A DNA stretch of 32,000 nucleotides, taken from Thermodesulfobacteriota bacterium. Its GTDB lineage: Bacteria; Desulfobacterota; WTBG01; JAGOGO01. A model generated the notes under the pieces. That model saw only the letters and a list, made by a program, of their open reading frames with translations, had not been told where the DNA came from and did no database searches. The position numbers were made by a program, and so were the translations under genes. Every line of letters begins with the position of its first letter. The first letter of the stretch is position 1. Where the stretch lies: assembly GCA_026625185.1 (NCBI GenBank), contig CP113000.1:2562651-2594650 (forward strand). Direction: 5' to 3'. Below, piece by piece: positions 8,021 through 15,994 of the stretch.

Positions 8021-8863
8021 TTAAAGATATTGAGTTAAAATGGCTATAAGCGCTTTATTCCATCCTTCTGGCCCCACTCCCGGGGCTCGGATAATATTAG
8101 CGAGGGTAGAAATTTTTTCATCAAAAATCCCTTTTGGTTTTTGCACGAGAACCGGGATGTCTACCTTTTGAAGCATGGGGAGATCATTGAAACTATCCCC
8201 GATGGCGATTGATTTCAACTTCGGATAGACATTTTCATATCCCTTGATGACGATGCTTACTGCCTTACCTTTATCATTATCACCGAGAAGATGAAAAAAA
8301 CGGCCTCCTCGGGTAATATGGAGTTTACATTTTTTCACGAGAATTTGTAACTTTTTCATTTCACCCTTGTCACCCGTAAAGAGAAAAGGCTCGGAATATT
8401 CACGCTTCTGTGCCAAGGCGACTTGGTTTTCGGGGAGGCCAGTAAAATCTGCGACCTCAGATACGTCCATTTCTGAAAATCCGCGAATCTTTTCACCGAA
8501 AACTTTTTTTAACTTCTTGAACTGTTTAAGCAAGTCTGGGTGGTATGTTCCCAGTTCGATCACGCGGTATTGATTACGAGTGCAGGTTTGAAGTGAATCG
8601 GAATAGTTTTCTTTTTGGGGATAAAAGATTGCCCCTCCATTTTCACTGATAAACGGGTAAGAATTACCCAGCTTTTCTCGCCACACCTCAATTTCTGAGC
8701 GGGTTTTGCTGGTGCAAAAGATCAAAGGTATTTTGGCATCGTTAATTTTTTTTAAGGCTTCTTGGGCAGGATCAAAAGAGTAATTGTAATGGTCTAAAAG
8801 GGTACCGTCCAAGTCAGTAAAAATAATAAGGGGAGTCTTTTTATTTGCTGAAGATTGGGCCAT
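8021..8863 (-). CDS. HAD-IIB phosphatase of the mannosyl-3-phosphoglycerate phosphatase (MpgP/YedP) family
   Basis: It aligns by eye along its whole length with E. coli YedP as I recall it: IIFTDLDGTLLD, IPLIFCTSKTRSEIE, ISENGG, GGRFFHLLG..DKGKA, IGDSFNDLPML, GPEGW. I prefer the ATG at 8863 (MAQSS...) to the track's GTG at 8893, by analogy to the YedP N-terminal length. Confidence 0.85.
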   Translation of the reverse strand: MAQSSANKKTPLIIFTDLDGTLLDHYNYSFDPAQEALKKINDAKIPLIFCTSKTRSEIEVWREKLGNSYPFISENGGAIFYPQKENYSDSLQTCTRNQYRVIELGTYHPDLLKQFKKLKKVFGEKIRGFSEMDVSEVADFTGLPENQVALAQKREYSEPFLFTGDKGEMKKLQILVKKCKLHITRGGRFFHLLGDNDKGKAVSIVIKGYENVYPKLKSIAIGDSFNDLPMLQKVDIPVLVQKPKGIFDEKISTLANIIRAPGVGPEGWNKALIAILTQYL

Positions 8864-9056
8864 TGTGTCGGTTTCCGGAAAACGTTTTCTCACTCATTGC
8901 GTTGATACTAAATAAACACAGACGTCAGCAAACTAAATTAAAAAGTTCGGATAACCGACTATATACCTTATTTATCCCTAAAAAATCAATTATTGCCAAA
9001 ATCAGTTACAAATCCATAGGCAAACTAAAGGCTTGGTGTTAAATCTCCAAAAATGT

Positions 9057-9084
9057 TTGACACAAAAAAAGTTTTTGTTATAAT
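9057..9084 (+). promoter_or_regulatory. Near-consensus sigma-70 promoter (TTGACA-N16-TATAAT)
   Basis: TTGACA at 9057-9062, a 16-nt spacer, and TATAAT at 9079-9084. The predicted TSS is about 9091, roughly 207 nt upstream of the glycosyltransferase start at 9298. Confidence 0.7.
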
Positions 9085-9196
9085 TCCCACATGAGTTGCG
9101 AATTATCCAAAATAAAAGTAAAACTTTAATTATTGCATTTTACGAGTGGAGATTTTTAAACATTTCCAGAGGTTAATGGTATCAGAAAATAATCGG

Positions 9197-9238
9197 GTCG
9201 CTATCTGCGCGTTTAGATAGTGGCTTTTTTATTTGTTT
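9197..9238 (+). terminator. Intrinsic terminator inside the 5' leader (attenuator, or 3' end of a ~140-nt sRNA)
   Basis: 10-bp stem GTCGCTATCT (9197-9206) / AGATAGTGGC (9215-9224) with two G·U pairs and an 8-nt loop, followed by TTTTTTATTTGTTT. It lies between the consensus promoter and the operon start codon. Confidence 0.55.
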
Positions 9239-9297
9239 GGAAAGTGTGACATCATACTTTTCATGAATTTATTACGAGGTTAATTTGCGAGGTATTA

Positions 9298-10581
9298 ATG
9301 GTCTACGATACTGCCTTGAGACCCTATACAGGAAAAAGAATTGAGGAAATAGAGCAGGCGGATATTTTGGTCGGTATTCCTTCTTACAATAATGAGAAGA
9401 CCATTATGCATGTAATGCAGATGGTAAGTCATGGGCTTTACCATCACTTTCGGGATAAAAAATGCGTTATCCTGGTCGCTGATGGAGGGTCTACTGATGA
9501 TACCCGTGAGGTAGCCAAGGAATTTGAAATCAAACCGTGGCAGGAGAAAATTATTTCCATTTACCGCGGGCAAGCGGGCAAAGGTACCGCATTGCGTTCC
9601 ATTTTTGAAGCCGCGGTGCGTCTCAAGGTACATGGTTGCGCGGTCGTTGATTCGGATTTGCGGAGCATTACCTCAGATTGGATAAAACACCTTCTCGATC
9701 CAATCTTGGATAGGGGATACCAATTCGTTGCCCCGATTTATTCCCGCTACAAATACGATGGGACCATTACCAATAACGTTGTCTACAACTTAACTCGCGC
9801 TCTTTACGGGAAGCGCATCCGGCAGCCGATTGGGGGGGATTTTGCTTTTTCCACGGATGCGGCTTCAACCTATATTTCAGAGAATGTATGGAATACTGAT
9901 GTAGCGCGTTATGGGATTGATATTTGGATGACCACCCAGGCAATCATCAGGGGATTCAAAATTTCTCAGGCCCGTTTGGGAGTTAAGATTCATGATGCGA
10001 AGGATCCTTCGGAAAGTCTTGGTCCCATGTTTCGTCAGGTTATTGGCACCTTATTCACCCAGATGGAACAAAACGAATGGTATTGGAAGAATATTCAGGG
10101 GAGTATGGCAGTAGAAACGTTTGGCGGAGATGACTTTATCGAGCCTGAGGCAATCGAAGTGAATTTAGAAAGAATAGTCGAAAAATTTCGTTTTGGCGCA
10201 AAACAATTTGGCTCTTTGTATCGTGAGATTCTTTCTGATGATTGTGTGAAAGAAATTGAATCAGCCCGGAAACTTTCTTTTCGGAAATTCTCGCTTTCCC
10301 TTTATGCCTGGATCTTAATCCTTTATGAACTGGCGGCCACGTTTCATTCCTGGCGGTTTAATCGGATTAAGCTGGTTGAGATCATTACGCCCCTTTATTA
10401 TGGCCGGGTTGCTGCATTTATCAACCAGACTAAGAAAATGTCTTCGCGCGAAGCAGAGCGGGTTGTGGAGGAGCAGGCGGTTGAATTTGAGGAAAACAAA
10501 GACTACCTTATCAGTATCTGGGATAAGAAGAAAGGAGAGAGTGAAGATATTAATAATCACTTAAGGAAAGTCTCTCTCTAA
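9298..10581 (+). CDS. GT-A fold glycosyltransferase, MGS/GpgS-like (candidate second-step glycosyl-(phospho)glycerate glycosyltransferase)
   Basis: 427 aa with SD GAGG 5 nt upstream. It has an N-terminal nucleotide-sugar-binding beta strand (ILVGIPSYNNEKTI...VADGGSTDDT). The order of blocks matches Rhodothermus mannosylglycerate synthase and GpgS enzymes as I recall them: GQAGKGTALR, VVDSDLRSITSDW, YSRYKYDGTITN, RQPIGGDFAF, YGIDIWMT. Exact activity is unknown. Confidence 0.55.
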   Translation: MVYDTALRPYTGKRIEEIEQADILVGIPSYNNEKTIMHVMQMVSHGLYHHFRDKKCVILVADGGSTDDTREVAKEFEIKPWQEKIISIYRGQAGKGTALRSIFEAAVRLKVHGCAVVDSDLRSITSDWIKHLLDPILDRGYQFVAPIYSRYKYDGTITNNVVYNLTRALYGKRIRQPIGGDFAFSTDAASTYISENVWNTDVARYGIDIWMTTQAIIRGFKISQARLGVKIHDAKDPSESLGPMFRQVIGTLFTQMEQNEWYWKNIQGSMAVETFGGDDFIEPEAIEVNLERIVEKFRFGAKQFGSLYREILSDDCVKEIESARKLSFRKFSLSLYAWILILYELAATFHSWRFNRIKLVEIITPLYYGRVAAFINQTKKMSSREAERVVEEQAVEFEENKDYLISIWDKKKGESEDINNHLRKVSL

Positions 10582-10618
10582 AGGCAGAACTATAGTAATC
10601 TTCCGCAGGAGGTAGACA

Positions 10619-11827
10619 ATGGCTGACTTTTTTCACAATGGCGAAATAAGTAATCTTCATCGTCTTAAGCCGGGGGATGTTGAAAGGTTGGAAAGAGAAC
10701 TGGGGGGCTTTTCCCAAAAACGCCCCATAGCCTTGGTGCTTCCGGCGCTCTTCCAAGATCTCACAGCAAAGCCGATTAAAAACATTTTATCAGAAATCTC
10801 AAAAGTCAATTACCTAAACGAAATTATTGTTACCCTCGGACGAACGAAGAAAGAAGAATTCGCTGAGGTTAAAGCAATGTTTGCTTCTTTTAATCTTCCG
10901 GTGGCGATTATTTGGAATGACGGAGAAAATATTCAGGAGCTTTATTCTATCCTCGAAAAGGAAGGCGTGTCTGCCGGCGGAGATGGTAAAGGCCGTTCCG
11001 CCTGGATTGCTTATGGGTACATACTTGCCCGGGGAAAAAGCGATGTCATTGTGCTTCATGACTGTGATATTGTTACCTATAATCGGGAATTGTTAGCACG
11101 ACTTTGTTATCCGGTGGCAAATCCAAACCTTGATTATGAATTTTGTAAGGGATATTATGCGCGAGTCACTGACCGACTCCATGGAAGAGTAACCCGTCTT
11201 TTTGTAACCCCTTTAATTCGAGCGCTTAAAAAGATAATAGGACGCGTTGATTTCTTAGAGTATCTTGACTCATTCCGTTATATCTTGGCTGGAGAATTTT
11301 CGATGCGCGCAGATTTAGCTCGAATAAACCGAATCCCCGGAGACTGGGGGTTAGAAGTGGGGGTGCTGGCCGAAGTTTATCGCAACTGCTCTTTGAGGAG
11401 AATTTGCCAGGTGGAAATTGCTGATAATTACGAACACAAACACCAGCCCCTTTCTGAGACCGACCCCAAAACGGGCCTTAATAAAATGAGTATTGATATT
11501 GCCAAAACCATTTTCAGGACAATGGCCGGCATGGGCGTAATTTTTCCATCGGGATGGGTTAAAACATTAAAAGCGACCTATTTACGAACAGCCCAGGATT
11601 TTATCGCCAAGTATGGGCATGACAGCGAAATTGACGGACTGTTTTTTGACCGGCATCAAGAGTCAGTCTCAGTGGAGACATTTGTGAAGGGAATTGAGCT
11701 TGCTTGTGATGAATTCGAAAGAGATCCTTTCGGTGCCCCCCAGATCGCAAACTGGAATCGCGTTACCTCAGCAATTCCTAACTTTTTTGATCGCCTCACA
11801 TCAGCAGTGGAAGAGGATAACAAGTGA
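10619..11827 (+). CDS. Glucosyl-3-phosphoglycerate synthase / mannosylglycerate synthase-like GT-A glycosyltransferase
   Basis: 402 aa with SD AGGAGG. The blocks DGKGRSAWIAYGY, VIVLHDCDIVTY, YYARVTDRLHGRVTRL, ILAGEFSMR and PGDWGLEVGVL follow the GpgS/MpgS/MGS pattern. It is a paralogue of the preceding ORF. Confidence 0.6.
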   Translation: MADFFHNGEISNLHRLKPGDVERLERELGGFSQKRPIALVLPALFQDLTAKPIKNILSEISKVNYLNEIIVTLGRTKKEEFAEVKAMFASFNLPVAIIWNDGENIQELYSILEKEGVSAGGDGKGRSAWIAYGYILARGKSDVIVLHDCDIVTYNRELLARLCYPVANPNLDYEFCKGYYARVTDRLHGRVTRLFVTPLIRALKKIIGRVDFLEYLDSFRYILAGEFSMRADLARINRIPGDWGLEVGVLAEVYRNCSLRRICQVEIADNYEHKHQPLSETDPKTGLNKMSIDIAKTIFRTMAGMGVIFPSGWVKTLKATYLRTAQDFIAKYGHDSEIDGLFFDRHQESVSVETFVKGIELACDEFERDPFGAPQIANWNRVTSAIPNFFDRLTSAVEEDNK

Positions 11828-11914
11828 GGATGAGAAAAAGATTAAGAAATTTGTCTCACCGCTAAAACGGGGAGTAATTGTTTTTGGTAAGTAAACAATT
11901 TTTTCAAGGAAACT

Positions 11915-12784
11915 ATGCGACTTATAACTCGAGCAGATTTTGACGGTATTGTTTGCGGAGTTCTTTTAACCGCTCAAGAACATATTGACCGGTTTCTTTT
12001 TATTGAGCCTAAAGCAATGCAAGATCACGAAGTCGAGGTGGACTCGAAAGATATTGTGGCAAATCTCCCTTACCATCCTGATGTTTATCTCTGGTTCGAT
12101 CACCATATTACGAACCGGGTATCCGGATCTTTTCGAGGGAAATTTTTTCTTGCTCCAAGCGCGGCCCGGGTAGTTTTTGATTATTATCCCCAGGGATCGT
12201 TGGCTCGCTATGAAACCTTAGTGCAGGAAGCCGACCGGATTGATTCCGGCGACTTAGAAAGGGCGGACATTTTTGAACCGCAGGGTTGTGTTTTGCTTGC
12301 TTTTACCATTGACCCCAACAGCCAAGCTGATGAGCCGTACTGGATCAAGCTGATATATCTTCTGAGAGAGCAACCTTTTGCTTTGGTTATGGAGGATGCG
12401 GAGGTTAAAGATCGCTGTGAACAGGTATTAGAAGACTTTAAGGTTTATCATGCCCTTCTTTTAAACAACACGCGCCAAGACGGCAATGTAGCTATTACTG
12501 ATTTTCGAGGGATTAATTTCCCGGGGAAAGTAAATCGATTTTTAGTTTATTCACTTTTTCCGGAGACGAATATCTCGGTAAAAATTTTCCGCGATTATCA
12601 TCAAGACGGCAGGATCGGCATTTCAGTGGGTAAGAACATATTCAATAAAACATCAAACATCAATGTGGGAGAACTCCTCTCCCATTATGGCGGAGGGGGT
12701 CATCAGGGAGCAGGCTCATGCCGTGTGCCGGTTGAAGACGCAGAAGAGGTATTAAATAAAATTATCAAAACCCTTAAAATCTAA
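11915..12784 (+). CDS. DHH/DHHA1-family phosphoesterase (small, stand-alone)
   Basis: 289 aa with SD AAGGA. It has an N-terminal ADFDG motif (motif I-like), FDHH (DHH motif) and C-terminal YGGGGHQGAGS (DHHA1 GGGH motif). Confidence 0.65.
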   Translation: MRLITRADFDGIVCGVLLTAQEHIDRFLFIEPKAMQDHEVEVDSKDIVANLPYHPDVYLWFDHHITNRVSGSFRGKFFLAPSAARVVFDYYPQGSLARYETLVQEADRIDSGDLERADIFEPQGCVLLAFTIDPNSQADEPYWIKLIYLLREQPFALVMEDAEVKDRCEQVLEDFKVYHALLLNNTRQDGNVAITDFRGINFPGKVNRFLVYSLFPETNISVKIFRDYHQDGRIGISVGKNIFNKTSNINVGELLSHYGGGGHQGAGSCRVPVEDAEEVLNKIIKTLKI

Positions 12785-12816
12785 GGTTAAAAAACTAAAC
12801 CTCGGTTCAGCGGAAA

Positions 12817-12847
12817 AGGATTTTCTCTTATTGGCGAGAATCATCCT
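12817..12847. terminator. Imperfect hairpin between convergent genes (weak terminator candidate)
   Basis: AGGATTTTCTC (12817-12827) / GAGAATCATCCT (12836-12847) gives two 5-bp helices separated by a bulge. On the minus strand it is followed by TTTTCC. There is no convincing U-tract on the plus strand. Confidence 0.25.
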
Positions 12848-12869
12848 CAGCTGAAAAATGCGCTCATGT

Positions 12870-13538
12870 TCACGCTCTCAACATAGCCACGATCCAGAGG
12901 GCATAGAAAAAAAGAATTAAAACCCCCCAAAAAAACGCGCGTTTTGAATTAAATCCTTTTTCACCAATGAAAACACGAAGGATAAAACCAATAGCACAAC
13001 CTATCCAGCCCAAAAATCCGACTTCTACAATCATTGACCAAAAAACATCCGGTTCAGTCTTCATCCTTAGTATTTTTAATATTGCTTCTTTTCTTTTTCC
13101 CAAAGGGATTCCTTTATTCGGTAAACGTGCTTCTTCTTGCTTAGCTCGAATAGTAGCTATCCGGTCTTCACATTTTGCGATCCATTCTTGATGAGGAGTA
13201 TAGAAGCTTCGGGCGGAATAAAGGCTGCTGGTGATGGATTGAAAGGCATTTAAAGCTAAGTCCATATCTCCTTGGTTTTCAGCCTGCGTACCGATTTCCC
13301 AAAGTGCCCGGATTGAGTCTGTGACTGATTTACTTCCCGGACAGTACCAATGAATCGAACGGTTAAAATAGATTATTGCTTGTTTATAATCTTTTTCACG
13401 AAAAAATTTGTCACCTTTTTGATATTCATTTCGTGCATTGATGGAAACTTTTGTGAATACCAAAAGGAGAAATAAAATAAAAGCCCCCGCGCCAATAAGA
13501 ATTTTACCCTGCACGGTCATTTTTTTTATTTTGTTCAT
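12870..13538 (-). CDS. Membrane protein with TPR-like helical repeat (uncharacterised)
   Basis: 222 aa. It has an N-terminal TM (ILIGAGAFILFLLLVF), a TPR-like segment (YQKGDKFFREKDYKQAIIYFNRSI ... ALWEIGTQAENQGDMDLALNAF) and two C-terminal TMs. It is the last gene of the minus-strand block after the ABC-2 permease. Confidence 0.5.
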   Translation of the reverse strand: MNKIKKMTVQGKILIGAGAFILFLLLVFTKVSINARNEYQKGDKFFREKDYKQAIIYFNRSIHWYCPGSKSVTDSIRALWEIGTQAENQGDMDLALNAFQSITSSLYSARSFYTPHQEWIAKCEDRIATIRAKQEEARLPNKGIPLGKRKEAILKILRMKTEPDVFWSMIVEVGFLGWIGCAIGFILRVFIGEKGFNSKRAFFWGVLILFFYALWIVAMLRA

Positions 13539-13566
13539 AAAAATTTTTTTTAAAGGAGTTAGAGCG

Positions 13567-14343
13567 TTATTTGATGTCCCGATTTTGAAAGATTACCATA
13601 GAGAGCAAAAGGATAATCAAGATATAAAGCAATCCATATAACGAGGCAAAAAAAAGATATCCTTTTTCAAGAGGCAAGTGATGAACTACCTGACCTTTGA
13701 TATTTAAATATTCTAAATTTGGGAAAATGTAGTATAGTGCCTCAGTTACATAGCGCAAAGTTTGGCTGTCTGCTTTTTTTACTAACTCAAGCAGGTCGGG
13801 GGTAAGATGGCCAATAATAAAAAATGATAACGTAAATAACCCGCTTAGGATAGGCGTTGAAAAAGAAGAGAATAAGAGTGCGAAAGCGGTAATGATCATC
13901 AATGCGACAAATATCATTCCGATCGCCGGTAAGAGTGTGAACGCAATCTTCCCTTCATAAAAATATAAAATTAAAAATAGCGCAATCGACATTGTCAGCA
14001 CTTCAACCAGGAGGGTTAATACCAGGCCAAGATATTTACCGATGATGAATTGATAGCGATGAATTGGTTTAGATAGAATGTTATAAATGGTCTTGCGCTC
14101 CATTTCTTTGTACACCAGCCCGATACCGACAAAAATGGCGATTAAAACTCCAAAGATTTCAATGGAGGCTAAACCGAAGTCTTTTATGATTTTTGTTGGC
14201 TCGCCGATAGTTAGATTATCTAAAATAACCGAAAGCCCAATTATCAAGACAGCGAAGAAAATAAGGCTGTAAAGCACTTTGTCACGGATAGCCTCTCGAA
14301 AGGTGTTAATTGCCAAAGCCCAAATTTTCATGATGGTTATCAA
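13567..14343 (-). CDS. ABC-2 type transporter permease (NosY/GldF-like)
   Basis: 258 aa with six hydrophobic helices. The N-terminus MKIWALAINTFREAIRDKVLYSLIFF is typical of ABC-2 permeases. The track start is TTG at 14343; the ATG at 14331 is equally possible. Either start overlaps the upstream ATPase gene, consistent with translational coupling. Confidence 0.7.
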   Translation of the reverse strand: MITIMKIWALAINTFREAIRDKVLYSLIFFAVLIIGLSVILDNLTIGEPTKIIKDFGLASIEIFGVLIAIFVGIGLVYKEMERKTIYNILSKPIHRYQFIIGKYLGLVLTLLVEVLTMSIALFLILYFYEGKIAFTLLPAIGMIFVALMIITAFALLFSSFSTPILSGLFTLSFFIIGHLTPDLLELVKKADSQTLRYVTEALYYIFPNLEYLNIKGQVVHHLPLEKGYLFFASLYGLLYILIILLLSMVIFQNRDIK

Positions 14344-15262
14344 TAGATTTGATTTCGTTTACGTATAAGTCTTCCAGGGTTTCCTTCCGGGGAGCGAAAG
14401 AAACCAGTTCGCCACCTTTTTCTAAAAGATAGTAAAGGAGGTTTTTTTCTTCCTTCTCTTCTACTCGGATAAAAATTTCATTACCCCGTTTAATCAAATT
14501 TAACCCTTGTTCCTCAAGGTTATGAACAGTCTCAATCGAAAGTCCCTTGATGCACAATTCAAAAGATTTTATTTTTGGGTTAAGAAGATGTTCTAATGGT
14601 CCGCAATCGCGTAAGTTGCCTTTTATGAGAATCCCTACTCGGTCACACACTGTTTCCACATCAGAAAGAATATGGGTACTAAATATAATTGTTTTTCCTT
14701 TGTTTTTTAAGTCCAGAATTAGGTCTCGGATCTCTTTTCTCCCTAAAGGGTCTAAACCGGACATCGGTTCATCAAGTATTAGCAATTCAGGGTCATTAAT
14801 GAGCGCTTGGGCTAATCCGAGACGTTGAAGCATGCCTTTGGAAAACGTTTTAATTAACCTATTTTTATGTTCGGGTAACCCCACGAGATCTAAAAGAGCA
14901 TCAACTCTTTTTTTCGACTCTTGAGAGTTGAGGGCAAAAAGATGCCTACAGAAATGAAGGTATTCTTTTGCCTTTAGGTAATTATAAAAATAAGGATTTT
15001 CGGGCAAGAAACCGATTTTAGACTTTAATTCTATTTTCTTTAGCTCTTCCCTCCACAACCAAATTTTTCCCCGACTCGGCTTGAGAAGTCCTAAGAGAAG
15101 TTTAAAGGTGGTGGTTTTACCGGCTCCATTAGGTCCTAAAAAACCGAAGACCTCTCCTGGTGTTATTTCCAGACGAAGGTCGGTCAATGCGTTTATTTTT
15201 TTAAAAGTAAATGGAGCCCGGAACACTTTAGAAAGGTTTTCAGTCTTGATTATGTGTTCCAT
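14306..15262 (-). CDS. ABC transporter ATP-binding protein
   Basis: Walker A GPNGAGKTT, Q-loop, signature FSKGMLQRLGLAQAL, Walker B LLILDEPMSGLD and H-loop FSTHIL. It also has a ~90-aa C-terminal accessory domain, as in ABC-2 system ATPases. Confidence 0.9.
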   Translation of the reverse strand: MEHIIKTENLSKVFRAPFTFKKINALTDLRLEITPGEVFGFLGPNGAGKTTTFKLLLGLLKPSRGKIWLWREELKKIELKSKIGFLPENPYFYNYLKAKEYLHFCRHLFALNSQESKKRVDALLDLVGLPEHKNRLIKTFSKGMLQRLGLAQALINDPELLILDEPMSGLDPLGRKEIRDLILDLKNKGKTIIFSTHILSDVETVCDRVGILIKGNLRDCGPLEHLLNPKIKSFELCIKGLSIETVHNLEEQGLNLIKRGNEIFIRVEEKEEKNLLYYLLEKGGELVSFAPRKETLEDLYVNEIKSIDNHHENLGFGN

Positions 15263-15270
15263 AAAAGAGA

Positions 15271-15978
15271 TTATCTCAACTTAGGTTTTGGTTTTTGCGG
15301 ACCTTTTAGAGTCCCTTGTAATATTTCTTGAATTCGTTTTTCAATCTGCTCCTTCATAAGGCTATTCTGAGTGTTTCTTTTCATTTCGAAAAGAAAATAG
15401 AGAGCGGCTTCTTTTTGCCCAGCCGCACTCAAAAGCCGAGCGGGTAATGTTTTTAGATAGCGAGGAGCATTTGGCTTTTGAGCGGCACATTGAAGATAAA
15501 AAGCTGCCTTACTGAGTTCCTGGGTATGATACCAATAGTTAAAACCGAGGAAAAAGGGAAATTTCCAGTTGTCAGGATAGTAGTGTATTGCCTTTTTTAA
15601 TATTAGATTGCTTTGTTTTACCTGCTGTGCTTCTAAGCTGAGGGTTATTCCTCCAAAATAATAAGGCCATATAAAGTGTGGATCAAGGTTAGTAACCAGA
15701 TCTAAAATTTGATAAAGCCAGGGATAGTTTCGGTCAGACATAAGATGCTCACCAAAGTAACCGATGGTTTTTATCCAAAAATAATCGGCAATGAGCTGGT
15801 TAAACCCGAGGGTAAATGGTTTTAAGAAATTCCCGGAGGGGATATACATATAGACTTCCATCGATTTTTCAGTCGGCTGGATTTTTTGGAGTTTACGGTT
15901 AATAAAAAAAACACTTCCCCAAAGACAAATAAGGATAAAGAAGATAAAAGATTTTTTTAAAAAAGGCTTGAAATTCAT
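15271..15978 (-). CDS. Membrane-anchored TPR-like repeat protein (uncharacterised)
   Basis: I prefer the ATG at 15978 (MNFKPFLKKSFIFFILICLWG...). It gives a single N-terminal TM and avoids the 44-nt overlap with the upstream GT2 that the track start (16038) implies. The remainder is helical-repeat-like (AIHYYPDNWKFPFFLGFNYWYHTQELSKAAFYLQCAAQ). Confidence 0.5.
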   Translation of the reverse strand: MNFKPFLKKSFIFFILICLWGSVFFINRKLQKIQPTEKSMEVYMYIPSGNFLKPFTLGFNQLIADYFWIKTIGYFGEHLMSDRNYPWLYQILDLVTNLDPHFIWPYYFGGITLSLEAQQVKQSNLILKKAIHYYPDNWKFPFFLGFNYWYHTQELSKAAFYLQCAAQKPNAPRYLKTLPARLLSAAGQKEAALYFLFEMKRNTQNSLMKEQIEKRIQEILQGTLKGPQKPKPKLR

Positions 15979-15994
15979 TTGTTTTATAGAGCAG

